From an uncultured Desulfatitalea sp. (GTDB lineage: Bacteria; Desulfobacterota; Desulfobacteria; Desulfobacterales; Desulfosarcinaceae): a DNA stretch of 64,000 nt. The stretch spans positions 160,001 to 224,000 of the forward strand of contig CAXXMB010000002.1 of the NCBI GenBank assembly GCA_963668675.2. Reading direction: 5' to 3'. Below are positions 50,858 to 59,076 of the stretch, in pieces (position 1 is the first letter of the stretch; each line of letters starts with the position of its first letter). The notes under the pieces are model-generated. The model worked only from the letters and a program-made list of their open reading frames with translations, was not told the DNA's origin and did no database searches. Both the position numbers and the translations under genes were made by a program.

Positions 50858-51368
50858 GTCCACTACCCAACTCTATCGTGCGCTCAGAATTATACCTTTG
50901 GCAACGCTCCTGAACTGATTGGAACGGCATGCCTTCAGCAAGTTCGTACCGTTCGGCACGAATGAACCAAAATGCCAACCCGCCGGTATTGTGGATAGGA
51001 GATGAGCATTTTTTTGTAGCCCTGACACCCAGCGACCCCTTTCGACCGGTGTTCCGCCAACCACGATTGAGCATGATCATGCGGACCAAAACACCTATGG
51101 CCTGGCGCAACCGCTTGCTCTTCTGGGTGTGTATCTCTGCTAAATACCGATCAATGACTGGAAGCGATTCAAGTTCCCGTACAACGCCGGCCAAAGGGGG
51201 CCTGTTGTGGTGGATCTCAGACTCTTCCATTCGGCGTTGCCTGTCGTCATTGTTGAAGAATTCAAGAACTGCAGCAAAGGGTTGATCCGGATCATTCGCA
51301 ACATCACCAAATCTTCGGCCTTGAATATCTGACAGGAAAATTTTCGGAGTTATCGTCACGCATGCCAT
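50853..51368 (-). CDS. Hypothetical protein
   Basis: 171 aa open frame with protein-like composition; start uncertain. Confidence 0.75.
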   Translation of the reverse strand: MACVTITPKIFLSDIQGRRFGDVANDPDQPFAAVLEFFNNDDRQRRMEESEIHHNRPPLAGVVRELESLPVIDRYLAEIHTQKSKRLRQAIGVLVRMIMLNRGWRNTGRKGSLGVRATKKCSSPIHNTGGLAFWFIRAERYELAEGMPFQSVQERCQRYNSERTIELGSGL

Positions 51369-51549
51369 ATAGAATCCAATGTTGAAATGTTGATACTGTA
51401 ACACATACATATTTTGCACCTACAAATTTTGTATTGGTTCGAGTTTATACTATATGCCCAAATATACAAGCGCAATCATGTATAAATGCGACTACAACTC
51501 TATATGATCGATGGCAGGCAGGCTTTGGGGTTGAGCCAAAAATCGCGTT

Positions 51550-51602
51550 CTGCTCTTGACTCATTCTGATATTCACCAGTGGGTCAAGGGCAGATCTGAC
51601 CC
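51550..51602. repeat. REP-like hairpin element
   Basis: CTGCTCTTGACTCA...TGGGTCAAGGGCAGATCTGACCC; 40/53 identical to 54080-54132. Confidence 0.75.
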
Positions 51603-51672
51603 ATTTCCATTCATTCTTTGAAGCCAAATTCATCTGTGACCCATCTGTGACCGGCTCCACGGTATATTATAT

Positions 51673-51688
51673 TGGTGCATGCTTTGCG
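51673..51688 (+). promoter_or_regulatory. Possible sigma-54 promoter
   Basis: TGGTGCATGCTTTGCG fits GG-N10-GC upstream of 51760. Confidence 0.4.
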
Positions 51689-51759
51689 CAGCGCATGTAT
51701 TAACCCCACGAGACGCGAGATGAAGATAATCATAAGACCCACATGGGCCTTATCAGCCA

Positions 51760-53985
51760 ATGAAAGGACATGAGTCTAAAATGAAATATTCTTTTCAAAC
51801 CCGCGCGGGCCTGACTGTGGGAGCACTCCTTTGGTTGGCCCTGGCTTTAGTCGCCCCAAGCCCAGCAGTATCGAACGCGCCGTCTCTTCTGGGCGGAGAG
51901 ATTCCACTGATCGACGGCGCCAAGGTCATCAAAGAAAAGCAATCCCATGGCTCCGGGCGTTTTGAATTTGAGGTGGACATCTCTCCGGCGGAGGTGGCCG
52001 ACTTCTACAATAAGGCCATGGAATCCAAGGGCTGGCCGGCCGGTACTATTTTGTCCACGGCGAACGGCAGCGGCCTCATGCTGGTCCAAAACAGCGACCG
52101 TTTTGCCCTCAAAGCCGTTGTTAAAAAAGGTCGCACGCTCGTAACCATAATGTTGATTCGAAAATCAACCATCGAGGCGGCCTTAAAGCCACACCCTTTA
52201 ACGGATCCTGACAAGGCTGCCAAACAGCCGGCTACCAGGGACAGCCGGCCCCTTCCCCAAAACAACGGGGTGATCATCCAAGGCACGCCACCGGAAAAAG
52301 GTGCTTTTGTCAAGCGAACCGTGGTGACGCCACCCCAGGGAGGATCGCCTTTCGACAAAAAGGATTCCGGTTCCTTACCGGAAAATCCCGACACACCACC
52401 GGAAAACCCCAACCCCGATCCCGAAGATTCATCAAGCTCAGATTCATCCGAGCGTCACTCTTCCGGATTTGCTCCTGCTGCAAACAAACCACCGCAAAGG
52501 CTTTCCGTCAGCGTTCGGGTCATGTCCCGCTGGTCTGTCACCGAAGCGGAATATTTCAAGTATGTGGGTTTGATCACCCTGCAGTACAACGGGACGCTGA
52601 TATCGAGTGCAATGGGCAGTCCGACCGTATCAAAAGCGGGCCTGGCAGTAAGTCCGATCCTGACCTACACGCCGGAGGTCATGACCCTGTCTTACAATTA
52701 TTATGAACTCAAAACGAGCCTGAGGCCCATTCCGGATGGATTTTGCCAGGACCCGTTAATTTTCGAATTCCAGGACGGCGGTGTTTCGCCCATCGGTGAT
52801 AGCGCAGGGCTCCGCATTCAACGTTCCAGTGCTGCGGCGGCACCCTATTTACAAAACCTTTCCGCTGACAAGCAGCAATTCCTGGCAGCCATGCAGGGAT
52901 CCATGGCCGTTCCCGACTATTACGAATTTTATGCCGGCGGTCCTGGTCGTAATAAACGCATCTTCGGCCGTAAAAAAACCGGGAAGGAAGAGTGTGAATA
53001 CAGTGATGCTGAAAAACCCTTATGCGGATGTCAAATCGGCATCCAGATGAAACTGCCCACATCCGGCATGATGCAGGGCACCCGGACCTGGGCGGCGGAT
53101 GATCAGGGATTGTGCCCACCGTCGCTGGGCATCCATGTCTCCGATGTTGGGAAGAACTTGAATAAAACGCCGCTGAGGCCCCCTGCCGGCGGCAACCGAA
53201 ACGTGACCTATACGGTGAGCTGGATGATCAAACCGGCGCAGGCCGATGGGACTGAATTCGAACCCGATGAGGAGAAACAAAAGAAGCGCTGCGACCCCCT
53301 CCAGCAGAAAATACTGCAACTCAAAGTGATCCGAAAGCTCTATGAAAATCCCAATATCCGCAAATATGCCGATGAAAATTATCCTGACCGCAATAGCCCT
53401 TACGACCGGCTGAGTGAAAGAATGGGGCACTACCAGGATGCCATCGAGAATCTCTTTTTGGATATCATGCAAGACACCCAGCCGTCCGACTGGAACAATT
53501 TTGACGCCACGGCCCGCATGATAGATACAATCACGGACGATCAAATCAGCGATGCCTACCGCTCCATCGACAGGGGCAGTGGCGGCGGCACCTCGACCTG
53601 CATGGCCGCCGGCTGTGGTTGGTTGACCTCAGATCCGTGCCAAATCCGCGATCTGGGCATATCAATGAACATTCACGGCGTCCGAAATGTAAAGATCGTC
53701 GACTTCACCGGAGAGAGCGGAACCCGGTCCTTCGATGCGGTCACCGTCGAAAGAACCGGATACTTTGAAGCGGCGCGGGCCTCTTACATGGCGGACCATT
53801 TCGACTGCCAGGAGGTCGGAAAAGCCCTGTTCGAAGCCGCCCTGGCCCATGAGATGACCCATTGCCGGCAATATGTCGAAAATTGCTTTCCCAAGTCGAT
53901 CGACGATATGGCCCGATACGAGATGGAAGCCTACGACGTCGAAATGAACAAATTGAAGCAATACCTCGACAAGTGGGGCTGTTGA
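51760..53985 (+). CDS. Exported multidomain protein with C-terminal HExxH motif
   Basis: Signal peptide, Pro/Ser-rich linker, ALAHEMTH...E..AY near the C-terminus; alternative start 51781. Confidence 0.82.
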   Translation: MKGHESKMKYSFQTRAGLTVGALLWLALALVAPSPAVSNAPSLLGGEIPLIDGAKVIKEKQSHGSGRFEFEVDISPAEVADFYNKAMESKGWPAGTILSTANGSGLMLVQNSDRFALKAVVKKGRTLVTIMLIRKSTIEAALKPHPLTDPDKAAKQPATRDSRPLPQNNGVIIQGTPPEKGAFVKRTVVTPPQGGSPFDKKDSGSLPENPDTPPENPNPDPEDSSSSDSSERHSSGFAPAANKPPQRLSVSVRVMSRWSVTEAEYFKYVGLITLQYNGTLISSAMGSPTVSKAGLAVSPILTYTPEVMTLSYNYYELKTSLRPIPDGFCQDPLIFEFQDGGVSPIGDSAGLRIQRSSAAAAPYLQNLSADKQQFLAAMQGSMAVPDYYEFYAGGPGRNKRIFGRKKTGKEECEYSDAEKPLCGCQIGIQMKLPTSGMMQGTRTWAADDQGLCPPSLGIHVSDVGKNLNKTPLRPPAGGNRNVTYTVSWMIKPAQADGTEFEPDEEKQKKRCDPLQQKILQLKVIRKLYENPNIRKYADENYPDRNSPYDRLSERMGHYQDAIENLFLDIMQDTQPSDWNNFDATARMIDTITDDQISDAYRSIDRGSGGGTSTCMAAGCGWLTSDPCQIRDLGISMNIHGVRNVKIVDFTGESGTRSFDAVTVERTGYFEAARASYMADHFDCQEVGKALFEAALAHEMTHCRQYVENCFPKSIDDMARYEMEAYDVEMNKLKQYLDKWGC

Positions 53986-54079
53986 CAGATAAAGGCTATG
54001 TATTTTTTCCACGAAGGAGGAGAACAAGAGATTTCGGGGTCACTCACTGTTCACCCTTCAGCCAACTCAGGGGCGAGTA

Positions 54080-54133
54080 CTGCTCTTCACTCATTCTCAA
54101 TTTTTTATATGCGTCAAGAGCAGACCTGACCCC
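54080..54133. repeat. REP-like hairpin element
   Basis: CTGCTCTTCACTCA...TGCGTCAAGAGCAGACCTGACCCC. Confidence 0.78.
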
Positions 54134-54338
54134 ATAACTGCCCCCATACCTCTCCAACCTTATCCTGGAAAGCCGGAGAAATGTGAGCGACCCTCTCACC
54201 TGCTGATATATCATTTTGATAGTCGTGCCGGGGCCTCTCCTGTCGATATGACCGTCTCTTCTCTGCCCGTCCGTTGTGTGTGTTTATAAATTTCCTTTTA
54301 ATTCCAATAGATATAAAATTTCATATCTTTCATAAGAG

Positions 54339-54354
54339 TGGCACGCCGTTGGCA
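54339..54354 (+). promoter_or_regulatory. Sigma-54 promoter
   Basis: TGGCACGCCGTTGGCA matches TGGCACG-N4-TTGCW with GG-N10-GC spacing. Confidence 0.6.
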
Positions 54355-54470
54355 ATTATGGTTTGCATGTAAACAACGACAGTCGCACATCAGGGGCGGC
54401 TGTCTCACCGTGCAAGCAATCGGCCGGTCATTATCAATCCGTATTGGCCTGCCCGATAAAGGAGTAGTAA

Positions 54471-56672
54471 ATGCAACGACGTGCCTTGGTCCTCTGTCTA
54501 TCCCTATCAATTCTCTTCAGCTTTGCGCAGTTGAGTTTCGCCCAGCCCTTCACAGCTGCCAATATAGAGGCCCTTAAAGCGAACCCCAAAGTCAATATGA
54601 CCGATACGGCGCTGGATCGTCTTTCGGCAGACACACCTATGGCAAGGGTCATCGTGAACCTGAGAGATCCGCTGACTCAAGATGCGCCCACAGCAAACAG
54701 CCCCATGGTGCGCTCAACCACTGCAGCGGCCCGCCGGTCGGTCAATGGATTGAGGGATGCATCGGTCCGGCGTCAGTTGGTCGATGATGTCAGAGCCATG
54801 CAGCAACAGGTGATCGAAGCGCACCATGTGGATAGCGCGCGCGTCGGCAGCCGGTTCAACTACCATTTCGGGTTTTCCGCCGAGCTCACCCCAGAAGAGA
54901 TTCAATCGCTGGCGGACAGCGCCGATGTGCTCTCCATAGAGGAAGATAAGTTGATCCAGGCCCAGGTTGCCCAAGGCATCCCTCTGATGAGCGCTTCGAT
55001 CATATCCGACACCTACGGCGGCGCCGGCATGTCCATCGCTATCTGTGATACGGGCATCGATTACACCCACCCCATGCTCGGCGGCGGTGGATTTCCCAAC
55101 GCCAAAGTGATCGGCGGCTACGATACGGGGGAGGATGACGCCGATCCCATGGACGGAAACGGGCACGGTACGGCCTGCGCGGGCATAGCGGCCGGCGATC
55201 TCAACAATGACGGCGACTATATCGGCGGTGTCGCTTATGGCGCCAAGCTCTATGCACTGAAAATGACCTATTCGCCCACCTCCAATTCAGCTTACACATC
55301 GGCTATGGCGGAAGCCTGGGAGTGGTGTATTACCCATCAAAATGACGACCCGGCCAACCCCATCATGATCATCAGCACGAGCTTCGGCGGCGGAAAATAT
55401 TCCGATCAAGCCACTTGCGACGGTGCATCCAGCGCAATGGCCGCCGCGGCCGCCAATGCCAAGGCCGTCGGGATCACGATTTTTGTCTCCTCGGGAAATG
55501 ACGGCTACTGCGATGCCACCGGGTGGCCGGCCTGTTTGAGCGATGTGATCAGCGTCGGAGCCGTCTACGATGCCGATTTCGGCAATTACTATCCTTGCGT
55601 AGCCGAGGATTCATGCGCTTCTAAGATTGCAACGACCTCTTGTTCCACAGGATATTATTCCATCGACAGCACTGAGGCCGATCGTGTAACATCCTATTCC
55701 AATACGGCCTCCTTCCTTAGCCTGTTCGCCCCATCCAATGCGGCCTACACCACCAAAATGGGCGGCGGCTACACAAGCACAACCTCTGGTTTCGGTGGCA
55801 CTTCCGCGGCCTGCCCCTATGCCGCCGGAGCAGCCGCCAGCCTACAGAGCGCGGCCAAGGCCCGAACTGGCGCCTTTCTGACGCCCGAACAGTTGGAATT
55901 ATACCTTACCAATAACGGAGACTTGATTACCGACAGCAAGGTAGAGATCACCAAGCCGAGGATCAATCTCGGCCAATCGGCCGATGCCATCTTATCGGTT
56001 CCACTGCTCACCACCGACGCGGCAACGTCCGTCACTGCCGACAGCGCCATGGTCGGAGGCAGCGTAGTGGACGACGGGGGTGACGCGGTCACGGCCCGCG
56101 GCGTGTGCTGGAGCCTTTCGTCCGGGCCAACCACCGATGACAGTTGCACCAACGACGGAACCGGCTCGGGCAGTTTTACAGAGCAGATCACCGGGTTGCT
56201 GCCCAGTGCCGTCTACCATGTGCGGGCTTACGCCACAAACAGCTTTGGCACCGGCTACGGACAGAATATCACCTTTACTACCCTTTCCATTCCTGCGGAC
56301 GCCCGTACCGATTCGGCCCAGGTGCTGTCCCACAGTACCGTCACCCTCAGCGGCACAGTCAACCCTAACGGCGCGGAAACGGACTACCATTTCGAGTACG
56401 GCCCCGATCAAACCTACAGCGCCACTACAACGAATTCCTCGATAGGCTCCGGCCGTTCAGAGAGCCCGGCCAGCACCGTCATCGGCAGCCTTGCCGAAAA
56501 CACCACCTATCACTACCGACTGATCGCGACCAACGCGGGCGGCACGAGTTACGGCGAAGACCAAACCTTCACGACTCTGCCAGCGTCCCATGTCGATACC
56601 GGGGGGAGGTCGGGTGGTGGTGGCGGGGGTTGCTTCATTACAACAGCTGTGGGGATTGTTGAGGACAGATAA
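54471..56672 (+). CDS. Secreted S8 subtilase with propeptide, FN3-like domains and C-terminal GGGGGGCFI tail
   Basis: ICDTG, NGHGT, GGTSAACP catalytic triad; YHVRAYATN and YHYRLIATN FN3-like motifs. Confidence 0.93.
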   Translation: MQRRALVLCLSLSILFSFAQLSFAQPFTAANIEALKANPKVNMTDTALDRLSADTPMARVIVNLRDPLTQDAPTANSPMVRSTTAAARRSVNGLRDASVRRQLVDDVRAMQQQVIEAHHVDSARVGSRFNYHFGFSAELTPEEIQSLADSADVLSIEEDKLIQAQVAQGIPLMSASIISDTYGGAGMSIAICDTGIDYTHPMLGGGGFPNAKVIGGYDTGEDDADPMDGNGHGTACAGIAAGDLNNDGDYIGGVAYGAKLYALKMTYSPTSNSAYTSAMAEAWEWCITHQNDDPANPIMIISTSFGGGKYSDQATCDGASSAMAAAAANAKAVGITIFVSSGNDGYCDATGWPACLSDVISVGAVYDADFGNYYPCVAEDSCASKIATTSCSTGYYSIDSTEADRVTSYSNTASFLSLFAPSNAAYTTKMGGGYTSTTSGFGGTSAACPYAAGAAASLQSAAKARTGAFLTPEQLELYLTNNGDLITDSKVEITKPRINLGQSADAILSVPLLTTDAATSVTADSAMVGGSVVDDGGDAVTARGVCWSLSSGPTTDDSCTNDGTGSGSFTEQITGLLPSAVYHVRAYATNSFGTGYGQNITFTTLSIPADARTDSAQVLSHSTVTLSGTVNPNGAETDYHFEYGPDQTYSATTTNSSIGSGRSESPASTVIGSLAENTTYHYRLIATNAGGTSYGEDQTFTTLPASHVDTGGRSGGGGGGCFITTAVGIVEDR

Positions 56673-56686
56673 GATGGGTAAACCAA

Positions 56687-56742
56687 ACCCAACGAGATAA
56701 GGTTGCATTGTGGCCAAAATCGGGTGAAACAGGATGTTCGCC
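56687..56742 (-). other. Degenerate attC-like site
   Basis: Minus strand GGCGAAC-ATCCT-GTTTCACC...GTTGGGT shortly after the transglutaminase stop. Confidence 0.35.
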
Positions 56743-56768
56743 GATCTGGATTTTCGCTAAGTCATGCC

Positions 56769-57565
56769 TCAGTGAGAAGGTTCGGCCATTCGTTCGACAT
56801 TCACCCGCATGTTTAGCAGTCCCACCGGATCGCCAAATTGTGTATAGATGGCAACGTCGGCTGCGTCGCGGCCGAATGCGATAGCGGCTCGTCCTCCTTG
56901 CAGAGCAACCTGTGTTGGATCGAACGTATACCACCGATTTCCGACATATGCCTCGAACCAAGCGTGAAGATCCATCGGTTCAAGATTCTCGAGGTAGCCC
57001 ACAACCATTCGAGCTGGTATTGATAGCGCTCGGCAACAGGCGATGCCCAAATGGGCCATGTCCCGGCAAACGCCCTGCCCCAGCTCGTTTACCTCAGTGG
57101 AACCTATGATCTGTTGTCCGGCGCCAGACGTGTACCGTACTGTGTTGCGGATATAATCAACACTGGCCGCGCATTGGGCGTAACCGGCGGCCTGTCCAGC
57201 TGCGAGTGATCTGGCCATTTTGGTGAAACGATCTGATTCACAATACCGGCTTGGGTGGAGAAACGGCAGTGTCTCTTCGGGCAACTGTTGTAATTCGATA
57301 AAGGGGCGCCAGGAGCCGTGTCATATGCGTCTGCAGTTTCGATGTCAACGGATGAATGAACGGTAAAATGACCGGTTGGTGCGACCAGTCGCTGGCACAG
57401 ATTGCCGAACAAATCAGTGAATTCAACCACCGGCACACTGGGTGACAAAACGTACTGTTCGCGAGCGACCCATTGCTGCCATCCACTCCGATGGCGAAGC
57501 ATGAGCAGGAAAGGCGTTGGAACCGGTATGTCGAATTCAAGAAAACAAGACGCGTGTAACCACAT
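56769..57565 (-). pseudogene. Transglutaminase-like protein, frameshifted
   Basis: N-half MWLHASC..APGAP and C-half [33 protein letters not shown] are joined by a 1-nt deficit near 57300. Confidence 0.85.
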
Positions 57566-57625
57566 GACGACCCTACACTGTTTGAAGTGCGGCTCATATA
57601 ACATTTGCAGTCCCGATCATTCATT

Positions 57626-57690
57626 GTCGAACGACGCGTTTTAGCAGCCGCGGCGATCTATCAGCGGCCTGCTGCAGCCGGAGGTTCGGC
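57626..57690 (-). other. attC-like site
   Basis: Minus strand GCCGAAC-CTCCG-GCTGCAGCAGGCCGC...GCGGCTGCT-AAAAC-GCGTC-GTTCGAC overlapping the upstream TAG. Confidence 0.6.
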
Positions 57691-58037
57691 TACGCCGCAT
57701 GTAATAGAAACTCCACTTTGACAGCCTCAAATGGAAAAACAATGCGCTTATCTTCGGTACGAATGAGTATTCCGGCGTTTAGAAGTGCGGTTACGTCGCC
57801 GTGAACGGCCTTTACATCACGTCCAACACGCCGCGCACTTTCGCGAATTGATACAGGACCCGCTCCGCAGAGGATCTTGAGCAACTCCCAGTGTTTTTCG
57901 GTTAATACCCTCCAAAGCAATTCGGGAGACGCAAAGGAGATACGTGCGGACTTTTGGGATCTGCCTGTTTTCCATGCTCGAGTGAAATCCGCCATCGAAT
58001 CGGCAGGGTCTCGTACATCAAGAGTTACGGTTTTCAT
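57690..58037 (-). CDS. HTH DNA-binding protein (HVO_A0114-like), partner in a putative TA pair
   Basis: ISFAS..L..VLT...SIRE.ARRVGRDVKAVHGDV..L HTH; start overlaps the upstream gene. Confidence 0.85.
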   Translation of the reverse strand: MKTVTLDVRDPADSMADFTRAWKTGRSQKSARISFASPELLWRVLTEKHWELLKILCGAGPVSIRESARRVGRDVKAVHGDVTALLNAGILIRTEDKRIVFPFEAVKVEFLLHAA

Positions 58038-58314
58038 GGTTCCACCTCCCAATTTCGTCCTGGAAATCAGCGACCAACTGTTCCGGTGTCGTGAAAACGT
58101 AGTCACTTTCCTTTCCATCGAAAAGCCGATGATCGCCTTTACCAGTCTCATGGTCATAACGTATTACGCATTCATCACGCACAACGTATGCAAGTCTGTA
58201 CTTGAACTTGTGTAAGGGTCCACGCAAGGGCGTCGAGAGCCGCCACAATACCAACTTCGCAAATTTCCATTCTGAATAGATGATGCTTGTATTGATCAGT
58301 TCAACGGCCTTCAT
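58018..58314 (-). CDS. DUF6516 / TumE-like toxin-antitoxin protein
   Basis: KYRLAY..IRYD.E.GKGDH..Y.F...EQLVADF pattern. Confidence 0.8.
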   Translation of the reverse strand: MKAVELINTSIIYSEWKFAKLVLWRLSTPLRGPLHKFKYRLAYVVRDECVIRYDHETGKGDHRLFDGKESDYVFTTPEQLVADFQDEIGRWNHENRNS

Positions 58315-58386
58315 GTTGGCCTTATTAAAAACACCTGACTATGTTGTCAAAAACTCCAACACCAGTGACGTGGGGTGTGTTTAAAT

Positions 58387-58492
58387 GCAGAACGCCCACC
58401 ATCACAGGTGAGCAGGGTTTGAGGGCTTCGCAAGAGCGAATTCAACACTAACATAGGCCAAAACCAAGATGCCCCGCCCCTGCGAATCCAGT
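58387..58492 (-). other. Truncated attC-like site upstream of the TA pair
   Basis: Minus strand ends ..GTGATGG-TGGGC-GTTCTGC; internal GCAGGG/CCCTGC pairing; distal end missing. Confidence 0.4.
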
Positions 58493-59076
58493 ACCGGGTA
58501 AAAGGAAAAGATCCCCGATGCAAGCGTAAAGTGAAGGCTAAAGATCAATAGGTTCATATTTTTTGGTACGTCCCCCATTCACGTTTCCGGCTACCGGACA
58601 GAAGCAATGGGTTTGAAAAAAACAGGACGCCTTTTGCAAGAGCAGAATCAAATCGACAACCAATCAGGATACCGGTTCGGTTGCCCAGTACTTGTTGCAG
58701 ATATCGCGACCAAGCCAGCCCTGCATTGGTGGATTTGGCCACTTAGCCCGGTTCATCTTATAGGTCTTCCGGGTTTCTGATAGGTGAACAGCTCAGGCAA
58801 TGCCGGACTTGACATTCTGAAGTGATGCGGACTATGAGACAGGGAATAATAGTCCCTCCTCAAAAGACAACTTACGCGCTCTGGTAAAAAAGGTTCTTCT
58901 TCACTTGCAGCGCCGTAGCAATATAATGCATCCGACCGGATTGACGACTGGCTGGCCCGTAGGCTTGTGGATAGCGTAACACTCGGTTTATAGGCAAAAT
59001 TTATTACTACGGGTATTTGGTAAATATTCTACTATAGTGTTTAAGTAAAATGTCCACTCATATCCAAGGGGGTCTG

